DNA from: Mobula hypostoma
Lineage: Eukaryota
Assembly: GCF_963921235.1 (NCBI RefSeq)
Contig: NC_086097.1
Location: 145,702,001-145,766,000 of the forward strand
Length of the DNA: 64,000 nt
Reading direction: 5' to 3'
Shown: one piece after another, positions 12,784 through 24,935 of the stretch
Layout: each line of letters begins with the position of its first letter
How positions within the stretch are numbered: position 1 is the stretch's first letter
The notes under the pieces: model-generated
What the model was told of the DNA's origin: nothing
Database searches by the model: none
Seen by the model: only the letters and a program-made list of their open reading frames with translations
Made by a program: the position numbers and the translations under genes

Positions 12784-15292
12784 AACAGGAATTCTGCAGA
12801 TGCTGGAAATTCAAGCAACATACATCAAAGTTGCTGGTGAACGCAGCAGGCCAGGCAGCATCTATAGGAAGAAGCGCAGTCGACGTTTCAGGCCGAGACC
12901 CTTCGTCAGGACTAACTGAAGGAAGAGTGAGTAAGGGATTTGAAAGCTGGAGGGGGAGGGGGAGATGCAAAATGGTAGGAGAAGACAGGAGGGGGAGGGA
13001 TAGAGCCGAGAGCTGGACAGGTGATAGGCAAAAGGGGATACGAGAGGATCATGGGACAGGAGGTCCGGGAAGAAAGACAAGGAGGGGGGGGTGACCCAGA
13101 AGATGGGCAAAAGGTATATTCAGAGGGACAGAGGGAGAAAAAGGAGAGTGAGAGAAAGAATGTGTGCATAAAAATGAGTAACAGATGGAGTACGAGGGGG
13201 AGGTGGGGCCTTAGCGGAAGTTAGAGAAGTCAATGTTCATGCCATCAGGTTGGAGGCTACCCAGACGGAATATAAGGTGTTGTTCCTCCAACCTGAGTGT
13301 GGCTTCATCTTTACAGTAGAGGAAGCCGTGGATAGACATGTCAGAATGGGAATGGGATGTGGAATTAAAATGTGTGGCCACTGGGAGATCCTGCTTTCTC
13401 TGGCGGACAGAGCGTAGATGTTCAGCAAAGCGGTCTCCCAGTCTGCGTCAGGTCTCACCAATATATAAAAGGCCACATCGGGAGCACCGGACACAGTATA
13501 TCACCCCAGTCGACTCACAGGTGAAGTGATGCCTCACCTGGAAGGACTGTTTGGGGCCCTGAATGGTGGTAAGGGAGGAAGTGTAAGGGCATGTGTAGCA
13601 CTTGTTCCGCTTACACGGATAAGTGCCAGGAGGGAGATCAGTGGGGAGGGATGGGGGGGACGAATGGACAAGGGAGTTGTGTAGGGAGCGATCCCTGCGG
13701 AATGCAGAGAGAGGGGGAGAGGGAAAGATGTGCTTAGTGGTGGAATCCCGTTGGAGGTGGCGGAAGTTACGGAGAATAATATGTTGGACCCGGAGGCTGG
13801 TGGGGTGGTAGGTGAGGACCAGGGGAACCCTATTCCTAGTGGGGTGGTGGGAGGATGGAGTGAGAGCAGGTGTACGTGAAATGGGGGAGATGCGTTTAAG
13901 AGCAGAGTTGATAGTGGAGGAAGGGAAGCCCCTTTCTTTAAAAAATGAAGACATCTCCCTCGTCCTAGAATGAAAAGCCTCATCCTGAGAGCAGATGCGG
14001 CGGAGACGGAGGAATTGCGAGAAGGGGATGGCGTTTTTGCAAGAGACAGGGTGAGAAGAGGAATAGTCCAGATAGCTGTGAGAGTCAGTAGGCTTATAGT
14101 AGACATCAGTGGATAAGCTGTCTCCAGAGACAGAGACAGAAAGATCTAGAAAGGGGAGGGAGGTGTCGGAAATGGACCAGGTAAATTTGAGGGCAGGGTG
14201 AAAATTGGAGGCAAAGTTAATAAAGTCAACGAGTTCTGCATGCGTGCAGGAAGCAGCGCCAATGCAGTCGTCGATGTAGCGAAGGAAAAGTGCGGGATAG
14301 ATACCAGAATAGGCACGGAACATAGATTGTTCCACAAACCCAACAAAAAGGCAGGCATAGCTAGGACCCATACGGGTGCCCACAGCTACACCTTTAGTTT
14401 GGAGGAAATGGGAGGAGCCAAAGGAGAAATTATTAAGAGTAAGGACTAATTCCGCTAGACGGAGCAGAGTGGTGGTAGAGGGGAACTGATTAGGTCTGGA
14501 ATCCAAAAAGAAGCATAGAGCTTTGAGACCTTCCTGATGGGGGATGGAAGTATATAAGGACTGGACATCCATGGTGAAAATAAAGCGGTGGGGGCCAGGG
14601 AACTTAAAATCATCGAAAAGTTTAAGAGCATGAGAAGTGTCACGAACATAGGTCGGAAGGGATTGAACAAGGGGTGATAAAACAGTGTCGAGGTATGCAG
14701 AAACGAGTTCGGTGGGGCAGGAGCAAGCTGAGACAATAGGTCGGCCAGGACAGGCAGGTTTGTGGATCTTGGGTAGGAGGTAGAAATGGGAAGTGCAGGT
14801 GTGGGAACTATAAGGTTGGTAGCAGTGGATGGGAGATCCCCTGAGCGGATAAAGTCGGTGATAGTGTGGGAGACAATGGCCTGGTGCTCCTTAGTGGGGT
14901 CACGATCGAGGGGTAAATAAGAGGAAGTATCCGCGAGTTGTCGCTGCGCCTCGGCAAGGTAGAGGTCAGTACGCCAGACTACAACAGCACCCCCCTTATC
15001 AGCGGGTTTAATAATAAGGTTAGGATTAGTGCGGAGGGAGTGGAGAGCAGAGCGTTCCGAAGGAGTGAGGTTGGAATGGGGACAAGGTGCGGTGAAGTCG
15101 AGACGGTTGATGTCCCGTCGGCAGTTAGCAATAAAGAGATCCAGAGCAGGCAGAAGACCAGAGCGGGGTGTCCATGAAGAAGAGGAGGGTCGAAGACGGG
15201 AGAAGGGGTCATCTGTGGGGGTGGAAGAGTCCTTGCCGAAGATGTAGGCTCGGAGACGGAGACGGCGGAAGAAAAGTTCCGCATCATGGCGA
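12784..15292 (-). mobile_element. Penelope-like retroelement (RT + GIY-YIG endonuclease), 5'-truncated
   Basis: MDVQSLYTSIPH, QTKGVAVGTRMGPSYACLF, RYIDD, GVIYCVRCSRCGLLYIGET (GIY-YIG). Premature TGA at 13448, natural stop at 13211. 13-bp TSD ACATAACGATAAT at 12771-12783 and 15293-15305. Confidence 0.95.
12878..12913 (-). ncRNA. Minimal type-I hammerhead ribozyme in the Penelope terminal repeat
   Basis: Minus strand reads AGTC-CTGACGA-AGG(GTCTCGG)CCT-GAAA-CG-TC-GACT: stem I AGTC/GACT, core CUGANGA and GAAA, GUC cleavage triplet, vestigial stem III. Confidence 0.8.
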
Positions 15293-15365
15293 ACATAACG
15301 ATAATGATGAGTTTTCAGTCAGTGGAGTAAGATGAACCCAAAGATTGTGCTGAAGACTCTATGAG

Positions 15366-15670
15366 TGTTGGCGCTTGGCCAAATGGTTAAGGCGTCAGTC
15401 TAGTGAACTGAAGGTTGCTAGTCCGAGCCTCAGCTGAGGCAGCATGTTGTGTCCTTGTGTACTTAACCACACATTGCTCTGCGACGACACCGGTGCCAAG
15501 CTGTATCGGCCCTAGTGGCCTTCCCTTGGACAACATCAGTTGCGTGGAGAGGGAAGACTTGCAGTATGGGCAACTGCTGGTCTTCCTTACAACCTTGCCC
15601 AGGCCTGCACCCTGGAAACCTTCCAAGGCTCAAATCCATGGTCTCACGAGTCTAACGGATGCCTAAAAAA
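15366..15670 (+). mobile_element. tRNA-derived SINE
   Basis: A-box TGGCCAAATGG, degenerate B-box AGTCCGAGCC, A-rich tail. Its 3' part resembles 41940-42020. Confidence 0.65.
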
Positions 15671-16524
15671 ATGATTCTATGAGTGCATAGAGGTAGACTG
15701 TCGAAGCAATCTGTGAAACAGTTCTCTCCATTTAAATGTTGGCCTCTTGATGTTTATTTTGTGAGATTGGTGGCTTTGGGTGCAACAATGTCAGATGCGG
15801 ATCTGGTACCCAGCTCATTACTTTGTTTTTTTCTTATTGTTTTTCATCTTGGCTGTATTAGCAGAACTGAATGGCTCACTAGACTATTTCACAGAGCATA
15901 TAAGGTCATCTAAATTTTACAACCATTAGTGGTTTGAGGAAAAGGCCCAGGGCAAATAATAATGTGTCATAAATGTCAGTCTGTGACACCCACATACCAG
16001 GAATAAGTAAAAGGAAAATAATCAAAGCTGGGCATTTAGAGCAATAATGATTATTATTTCTCTTTTGAGGAATCCTTAATTGGGAGCATAGGCATTGCAC
16101 AAGTTTCTCTCAGGATCAGATTTACCATTTTTTTGGTGACCTAAGCTACTAAAGGACAGTGGAGACCTAGACCGTCAAATGTGGAATTGAAGGTGTTGAT
16201 AGCAGCCAATAGCAAGAACCTCTGTTTAATGGATATATTACTGTGCAGTGTGACAGATCCTTACAAAAGTCCTTTTGCTCGAAGTACACTCTGTACTGCA
16301 TCAGCTTAATGCAGCTGGTGTCAGTAGGCAATGTCATAATTGAATGAATGACCCTTGCTTGTAATTTAACCCTGAACTGAGTCATATGGAAGGCAGTTTC
16401 TTAAGACAGCGTTGCCACATAGTTATAACAGAATTCACATGAGCTGTTTTTTTCAGCCAATTGATATCGCAAAAGCAAAGCATTAACAGAGAAACTAAAA
16501 TCAGAGTGAATCTGCTAATACCAC

Positions 16525-16530
16525 TTTATT
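16525..16530 (-). terminator. Polyadenylation signal of the elastase-like gene
   Basis: AATAAA on the minus strand, 80 nt after the TAA stop. Confidence 0.7.
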
Positions 16531-16610
16531 GACAGGTTCAGATTAAAATATACAAGTGTATATTTCACATTTCTGCTTGACGTCACAGTTAATAGCATGT
16601 AGGAATTGTC

Positions 16611-16637
16611 TTAACGGCCACCATATTGTTGCACAAT
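16611..16637 (-). CDS. Chymotrypsin-like elastase, exon 8 (IVQQYGGR*)
   Basis: Strong acceptor TTTTTTCTTTCCTTTCAG, phase 0, stop TAA, downstream AATAAA. A short terminal exon is typical of CELA genes. Confidence 0.8.
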   Translation of the reverse strand: MVQQYGGR

Positions 16638-17479
16638 CTGAAAGGAAAGAAAAAATATATTAGAATTTGATGTCAGGTTTGCAGTTGAGTGCTAAAAATG
16701 GCAAAAGCTATAGTGAAAAATAAAACAAAATTGTAAAACAGTCCTTCTGTTTCACTGTTATCGAATTCTCGGGTGTGGAATCAGGATGAGCACCTTGAAG
16801 GTTCAGACTTTTTAAACAAAAACTTACCTTATTTTCACGTTGCACTTATAACACAGTCACATCAAGCCACATCAAAGTACAATCAGATAAAAAACATGTA
16901 ACCTAGGTAAAGAAACTTTGGAGTGGGTGATCATAGCTGGCTGAAGGAGTTAAGTTTTCAAGAGTTTAGGAAGACATTAAGACGTAGTCATCCTGCAAGG
17001 TTCTTGTTGAAGCATACGAGATGACAAGTATCAATCTGGGATATTTTTGTTTGTGGGAGAGATTCCAATGAGAGGTCATAGATGGAAGATAAGGGAGAGA
17101 TCATTTAAAGCTGATGTGAAGAGAAATTCCTATTCTAAGTGGTGAAGAATTTTTGGAATTGTATGTCCAGAGGAATGTAGAGGTTATATCACTGGAGGAT
17201 TTTAAGAAGTAGGTACATTTTGGAAAGATCAGGGAATTGAAGGCTATTTGGTACAGAAGAGGAGGTGTGGCCTGAGGCAGATCAACCATAATACAAGGAC
17301 ACAACGAGAAAGCTTTAAGTGATATGGTCAATTATATGAGAAGGATAATATTGATGGGAAAAGGCTGTGATGCTTTTACATAATCCACAAGAGACACAAT
17401 CTATTAGCTGCATGGTAATCCATTGTATTGCATTATTATCCGATGGGTCTGCAGAAGCTCTTGGCACAATATGAAAATC

Positions 17480-18010
17480 TTCTCTTCTACAGCACCAGTT
17501 GAGATGGGTGTGGCCTATTTAATGTCTGTCACAATTTATACCCTTAAATCATTGTTGAGGAAGGAGCTCTGGGATATGGAAAAAATAAGCCATTCACAAT
17601 GGTACACCAAAGTATTTGGGCTACCCCATTAGTGCTGATTCTAAAGCAGACATAAATGTATGTTTATAAAGGAAGTCATACAGGTCAGCACTATTGAGGA
17701 TGAGCAGTATCTGCCACCTACTTCATAAGATTTATTTGCAGAATTATCAGATTTTAGAGATTTTAACGAGAGACTTTTCTCTCATGCTGATGTACAACGT
17801 AATGTAGATTCAAGACATCGATCTACATGTCCATGAATGTGCACAAGGCAGGATGTAAACTTAGATCACTTTACCATACCAGATTAAGTCAGCCCCAAAT
17901 TTCCTTCGATCTATAACGGACAAAGTATTGCAAAATGTTTATACAGCATAAGTATACCAAGATCTTTATGCCACCAGGATTCCATCCTCTCAGTCTGAAC
18001 AAGGACCTTG
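17480..18010 (+). mobile_element. Highly decayed Gypsy pol remnant
   Basis: Fragmentary motifs in shifting frames: IWATPLVLILK, EQYLPP..DLFAELS (RT) and PPGFHPLS (integrase PYHP-like). Confidence 0.4.
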
Positions 18011-18814
18011 AAGTTTCTGAGGAAAATACTTGGTAGGTTACTGAATTACCACCTCCATCTGAAATGCAACATCTGGGGATTTAAATGTCCAGAAATTGTC
18101 TATCTGAGCATCGACAAGAATAGTCAAAGACTTGTCCAAGAGAAGATAGAAAGCATGTTTGAATGCCAGAGAGCTGACAAATGTTTCTTCCTAGAAGTGC
18201 TCACATTACCTGGAATTTTTGCTGAATTGAAAAGTACATTTTGCCTCAATTCCGCAAGTTGTTAAAAACAATGAAGAGCAATAGCAGTGATGCAATGTGC
18301 AGTCCGTTACGGGAACCATCACTGTCTACAGCTACTGAGTGGCTGCCATGTTGAGGAATCAGGCCCTGACTGGCAATTGCCTTAGCAGAGACAAATTAGG
18401 CAAAACTGGAATACGGTCTGCTGCTTTAAATTGAATGTGCAAGTATGTAAGAAGCTGCAGAGGGCAGTGGACTGACTCAACTCAATACATCACAGGCACA
18501 TCCTCCCCACCCTGTTAGTATACAGGAAACATTACCTCAAGAAGGCAACAACTATCATCAAAGATCCAAATCATACAACTTTCTGGCTGCTCCCATTGGG
18601 CAGAGGTACAGAAGAATGAAATCCCACGCCGCCAAGTTCAAGAACAGCTACCTGCCTTCAACCATTTGGTTCTTGAACAAACTGGTAAAACCTTAATCAC
18701 TGCAGTTTAGTAACTCTGTGAATACTTTGACCTCTTTGCACTAACAATGGACTTTTTTCCTTTGATTGTGCTTTCTTGTAAAAAAAAACTGCGTATGATT
18801 TATGTTTCTTTTAT

Positions 18815-19050
18815 TTAGAGATACAATATGGTAACAGATCCTTCCGGCCCAACAAGCATGCAAAATCCAATTACACCCATGTGACCAATTAGCCTACTAA
18901 CCAGTACATCTTCGGAATGTGGGAGAAGACCAGAGTACCTGGAGGAAGTCCATGCGGTCACTTGGAGAACATACAAACTCCGACAGACAGCGGTGAAATT
19001 GAACCCAGGTCACTGGTACTGTAATAACCACAATGCTACTATGCCACCCC
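18815..19050 (-). mobile_element. V-SINE/HE1-like tRNA-derived SINE
   Basis: GGGTGGCATAGTAGC...GGGTTCAATTTC (A/B boxes) followed by V-domain-like GAGTTTGTATGTTCTCC...TTCCTCCAGGTACTCTGG..CTCCCACATTCC. Inserted in a Rex1-like fragment (~18400-19170). Confidence 0.7.
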
Positions 19051-20869
19051 AATTTATGTTTAATGTACGCTTTATGCTGCTTGTATGACACTATGTGCCT
19101 GTGATGTTGCTGCTAGTAAGTTTTTCATTGCACATGTGCATGCATGTGCTAGTGTGCATAAAAATTAACTCAATATCATTGAAATATGTCACAGTCCCTT
19201 CATCACCTCTTTATGTAAGACCAGGAACCCCCTCCCAACAACGCTGTGGGAGAACCTTCATCACAGTAGTTTAAGAAGAAGAAGAGAAAAAAGATGAACT
19301 CTCAATCTCCCAATCTAAATTGCCACGCCCTTTGCACTTTGTTTGTCTACTGACATTGAATTTCCCCAGTAACTGCAACAATATATTCCGCAGTGTATTC
19401 TTTTTACTACCTTGATGTAATCATATATGACATGATCTACCCAGATAACATGCAAAACACAGCTTTTCACTGTATTGCCCTACATAAAAAACTAATTACC
19501 AATTGTCCAAAATGTATTTTTTGGGGAGGATTCAAGTTCAGAAGTACCTTGTTAGCAAGCATTTGCCCCTGGTCATGGACCATAAATAGCTGATGGCAAT
19601 CTTTGGACCCAAGTTGTCTATTCTGATAATGGCTGCTGCATGAATGCAAACATGGCCTATCCTGTCATGACAACCAGAATGGTCCAAAAGGTCCCGCATC
19701 TTGAAGTAGCCCCTTACTGGTAATCTTTCACATTCTCCTCCCAGTGGTGCAGTCACATTCCTGAACACTTAATTCTACCTCTCCAATTATAACCACTTCG
19801 GTATTTCTTCTTGCGCTACATCCAGTTGCACAACTATATTTTTCACCATTCCATTGTTTAGCACGTGTTGCTCTATTTATGATTACCGCATATACTGTTT
19901 ACTCCGCCAGCTTCACACAAGCAAGGAATTTCATTGCACCCTGGTGTATATAACAATAAGCTAAAATGAATCTGAATCTGAATTTCTCTAAGCATCAATT
20001 TTCATAGCAAGACCTAATTTGAGTAGGGAATTATTCAATTGCAAGTTCTTGACAATGATGCAGCTGGGAGCAGTAATTGTACTGGTATTCCTTAACGGCA
20101 AGTGTGTGAATTGGGATGAACTGGAGTAAAAACACCTATCAGAATGAGAAAGGGAAATAGAAGTCTGTGTTACTTGGAATATTTTCCAAGTCTGACCAGA
20201 ATATTGTGTGCCCCTTTTCCACAAGTTGCTGTGCGAAACAGAGTTTTGATAGTGTGATGCCAGGGTTGCCCTGGTAATCACAGTGTTGATGGAGCCTTCT
20301 TGTTAATAAATTAATGAGGAGAATTTGAGGGAGAGTGAAAACAAATAACAGAGTTATTGCGGAATCTTAAAACTGAAAGGAGAATGTTGAGCAGATTAAG
20401 CAGTATCTGTGAGAGAGAAAAAATTAATTAGCATTACAGATGAAGTATGACTTGAGAGGAGAACTGATTAAAATAAGCTATCTGAAAATAATTGAATGCA
20501 AATTGAGTATCTATTCAATCTGCAAGGGTGACCCAGAGCTTTTATTTGCCTATCACTTTAATTTTAAAATGCATTCGCAGTCTGACCTCTGTCTTTGTAC
20601 TCACACACTATTCTAGATAAGTTCAGAGTAAGCCCAAGAAATTGCACCTCTGCTTCTGTTCTGAGATGCTAGTTTTTTGAACTCAACACTGACTTTAACA
20701 ATATCAAATGATCAACCATCCTAGTCTTCTTGCTAACAATTACAGCATTCAGTTCTTTGTTTTTATCTCTCTTCTTCTACATTGTCCAGACACACCATTG
20801 CTACGCTTTTAGCCAACATCACCACCATATGTGCAGTCTCCTGCCTTTCTGTTTCATTTCCAACTTAAG

Positions 20870-21085
20870 CAACACACACGAAATGCTGGAGGAAGTCAGT
20901 GAGTCAGGCAGCATCTGCAAAGGAATATAAACAGTCAACAGTTTTGGCCTGAGACCCCTCATTGACCCTTTCTTGAGACCTGATGAAAGGTCTTGGCCTG
21001 AAAGGTCAATAGTTTATTCCCCTCCATAGATGCTGCCGGACTTGCTGAGTTCTTCAAGATTTCTAGCATCTGCAAAATATTTTCT
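20870..21085. mobile_element. Short palindromic Penelope-derived element
   Basis: Inverted arms GGAAGTCAGTGAGTCAGGCAGCATCT / AGATGCTGCCGGACTTGCTGAGTTC. Plus-strand CTGATGA (20980) ... GAAA (21000). Confidence 0.75.
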
Positions 21086-21262
21086 TTTTATTTTTAACTT
21101 CTCTTGATTCTAATTAAAGTGAAGTAATTGCTTTGAAACATTGATTCAGTCTTCCTGCAGATGCCACCTGACTTGCTGAGTATTTCCAGCAATTTTGTTT
21201 CTATTTCATATACCCAGCTTTATATTTTATATTGGATAAAGCTTTAGATCAAGAGGGCTTAC

Positions 21263-21412
21263 CTTGAAAATCCATTCAGTAAAAGATGATACACGAGTGA
21301 AAACAGTCGGATACCTTTCTTCTATACAGGAAACTGGCCCAAAGCTTACAATACCCTGGACAACCCAGATTCCAGCTTCATTTGCACAATTCAAAGGGCC
21401 ACCAGAATCTCC
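21263..21412 (-). CDS. Chymotrypsin-like elastase, exon 7 (catalytic Ser)
   Basis: 150 nt: [54 protein letters not shown] flanks, phases 0/0. Confidence 0.97.
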
Positions 21413-23038
21413 CTGTCAAACAAAGAGTAGACAATAATGTGAGAGAAATTTGTGTCTCAAATGCAATAAAAATATGGCAGATTATTCATCCATTTTAATA
21501 TCACTAAAATTTAAGTGGCAGCAGTTCAGGATTTCTTGTGCCTGCAGAGCTGTGTTGATCCATCAGTGTACAGTTTTCTGCTTGAAATTCAGGAGCACCT
21601 AAAGCCCATTGCTGTCTACTAAATCTGACTTATGCACAGAAAGGACAGTTCTTTGCACATAACACTCATGCACAGTAAGCATTTCCTCCCCCCCCCCCCC
21701 ACCCACATGTGCTGCTCAGCCCATCCGTTCTTCCAGCAGATCATTTGTTGCTGTTTGGTGGATGATTGGCTGGATGACGTGATCAATGGCTGAAGGAGAT
21801 TCAGTCAAGTAACTGATGCTTCGCAGTGATTGGGTTACTTATCCCATGGAATGGAAGGATCTTGGGCTTGGACAGTATGGACCTTGGATAGTATGGAGTC
21901 AGTACTCTAGGGGCCAGGGAATTCCCTTTAAAGTACATTGCAAACAGCACACCCAGACCTAGTTGATTGTGAGAACTCAATGAAAGGTAATGCTTTTAAC
22001 CATACAATCTAACTTCTCCTAGCAACACTTTACATGAATATTGCATCAGCAATTAAGTCTGTGACCAACATGGAAAATGACTCATCTGGGCTTGCATGAT
22101 TTGCAGTGGGCTATAGCTGGTCAGATTTCTGAAGCAGTATGATTCAGCACTCTACTCTACAATATAACAATTTCTATTTCCATAATGTAATACAACCAAA
22201 GCTCCAGACAAGCATTCTCTTATCTTATGATTAATGCAGGTATGGACTTAATTTAGTATTTTTCCTGCACATATTCTGATTTTATTCTTAATCATATATT
22301 TTCAACTTCCTTTGTTAAACAATACCTCAATTCAGAAGTAAAAGTGACACATTTAATGAGGCATCTTGTTCAATATAAAAGAAAGCAATTGGTGCTGCCC
22401 AGCATATTTTTAACATTGTTTCTCCATAAAACGGGTAATATGGGCTCAGGAAGGACAAAATTTTTAATGATTATTGATTGTTGCAGGCTTGCCTCTTTGT
22501 CAAAAAAGTGTGGCACTAATTCCTACCATCGTGACTTGACATCTAAATTCATATGGTATAGATTGCAAATTGGACACTACACTGTGCTAGTGAACTAATT
22601 TAGATTTTGACGCTGCCAGAGGAGTCCTTTGGTACAGCTGGTAAAAACCAAACCTTGAAGATAGACTTAGGAAATCATCCGGCACTTTGCAACTAAAGGC
22701 GACGAAGTTATTTATGATATCATGGGCAATAGCTTTCTCCATGGTGAACCTCACTAACCTGATTACCTGGTCTTTGTTATAACACATATTGAAGCTTTCT
22801 GTGTACAGATCATTTAGGGCATTTCTAATATGATAAGTACTTCAGTGGTGGTTGTGTAAAGTATTGTTTGAATTCAAATTTTGTTTTTATTCTTCTAAAC
22901 ACAATGGAGAATTCATAATTGAATGAGTCGCTTGTTTTTGTTTACAGCTGATAGTTCATCTGATATTTTATATCTGACTTTAGCAAGGATTTTGCTGGTA
23001 GGTCTGAAAAAAGACCAAATTAAATCTTCAAGTTTAGA

Positions 23039-23712
23039 TGGGAGGAAAATATGGCGGCGTGACACAGCACACGCGGCCGTACCGAATGATATCGTATGTG
23101 TTAACTAGGGGCTGTGCACAATCCTGATTTGATGGAGACAGCCGTGAGAAGCACGGAGGAACACCTGGAGAAACTTCTGAAATGCCCGCTTCGCTGCCGC
23201 TGCTACTGTGCGATCGAGAATCTCCGGAGACGAAGGCCCCAAATCCTCGACTTTGCCTATTGCCTGTTGCCGGGGCCGGGGTCGAAGCGCTCGGCAGAGA
23301 TAGTGCTCGATGCTCGGTGTCAGAGGGCTGGTCGGAGGCTCAGAGTTTTCGGACGGACTCAAGAGTCGGCTGTGGTCGGGTGCTTCCAGGGTGCTGCATC
23401 GGCAAGTTTGCAGCGCTGGAAGCTCATGGCAGGAAGAGTTTTTTTTCTTCCTTCTACCGTCTGCGTGAGATGATGGGACTTTCGAGAGACTTTGAGACTT
23501 TTTACCATGCCCATGGTCTGTTCTTCATCAAATTACAGTATTGCTTTGCACTGTTGTAACTATATGTTATAATTATGTGGTTTTTGTCAGTTTTTCAGTC
23601 AGTTTGTCTTGTGTTTCTGTGATACCATTCTGGAGCAATGTATCATTTCTTAATGCATGCATTACTAAATGACAATAAAAGAGGACTGCGTGTCCTCATA
23701 ACCTAATCTAAA
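23039..23712 (+). mobile_element. CpG-rich non-autonomous retroelement with a LINE-like 3' tail
   Basis: GC/CpG-rich 5' half starting GGGAGGAAAATATGGCGGCG, AT-rich 3' half with AATAAA and a (CTAAT)n/poly-A tail. Family not identified. Confidence 0.5.
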
Positions 23713-24334
23713 AAAAATTGTTTGGACATAGGCTGTCAAAAACATTTAAAGTATCTTATATTAATTTATGTTCTGAATTTTTAATTAACCATAACCTTAT
23801 AAGGAGCTGCTTTGTTATTATTCTCCTGTAATTTATCCTATCATCTGTGGGTTTAGTCTGGAGAGTGTGCCCCTCTGCAGTTATATATCCAGTCAGCTTT
23901 TACATTGGCTTTCAATAGGATGCTTTGGCTTTCTGTGGTGCTTGTGTAGATGGAAAAAAATGTTACAGTGCAGTACATCAAATCTTCATGGTCATTATAC
24001 ACCTTATATTTCACATTTGGCTTGAACTGCTTCTTGGTTTAGCAAATGCACAGTTTGCACAAGCAGTTCCTATTTTGTTTAAACTATGGAACAAGATAGG
24101 GAATTGATAAAGCAATTGAGTTTTTAGACAAGGATTCATGCTCAGGAGGGCTTTAGATTTGATTAGTTGCTTTTGTGATGCAGTTGCTGTTGTAGCAGTG
24201 AAAGTGCAGCAGCTAATCGGTTTACAGTAACTTCCACCTAATTGCAGTGAGATTTATAATCAGAGGTTGGATGAGGAATGTATATTGGAATCTGCAAGAA
24301 TGATCGTGGCTTGAAGATCCACCAAGCGAGGATG

Positions 24335-24935
24335 AAGTGTTTGGTGGGAGCAGGAGCAGCACAACGCGCAGGTGTCTAACCTGGTGAGATGAAGGAGGGG
24401 CCAGGCCCGGAGTCACCCCATAGTGCCCAGAACCTCCAAGTGTTGCAAACTAATCCCTTGAACATGAAGTCTAACAGGAGGCGGATCAAATGGCCAGCAG
24501 CTAATATGACTTCACTCTGGAAGCAGTTTGATGAAGATGTTAACCAAATTCTGGAGGCAACGGCGAAGGGAGGGGTTGATAGGAAGTTGCAAACCATGAC
24601 AACAGTTATTGTCAGTATCCCAGTGGAGGCTGGTTGTAGGGGATTCGTAGCCCGTTCTTTAGTTAGAGCCTTCAGCATTTTGGGCATCGAGGGAGAGAGG
24701 AAGAGGAGAGCCATCCGCAGTACCACTGATGCGGCAGAGAGGGCCTCAAGATGGCTGTGGCTCAAAAGAGGGGAGCCATGGAGTCATAAGTAGCTAGCCA
24801 TCTGGACACAAACTGGGGTCTGATCAGCCCCGGCTGGGTCACCTGGAGGAGGTTGTATGATGTTGAAAGACCCGAAACACCCGATGATTCCAGGAACATC
24901 ACTGAGGATGTGTCCGGAAGCATCAATAGATGTAT
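24335..24935 (+). mobile_element. Internally deleted HERO-like (restriction-like endonuclease) non-LTR retrotransposon
   Basis: ORF 24389-24793 joins N-terminal RIKWPAAN...WKQFDEDV to C-terminal PVEAGCRGF...AAERASRWLWLKR, with no RT in between. Structured 3' UTR. Confidence 0.75.

Noticed and set aside
22587..22787. Unique-looking intronic stretch with a 66-aa ORF
   Set aside because: No splice-compatible exon or recognisable motif was found in either orientation.
24800..24920. CTGAGGA and GAAAC in the HERO 3' UTR as a hammerhead
   Set aside because: The motif order and stems could not be arranged into a canonical three-way junction by eye.
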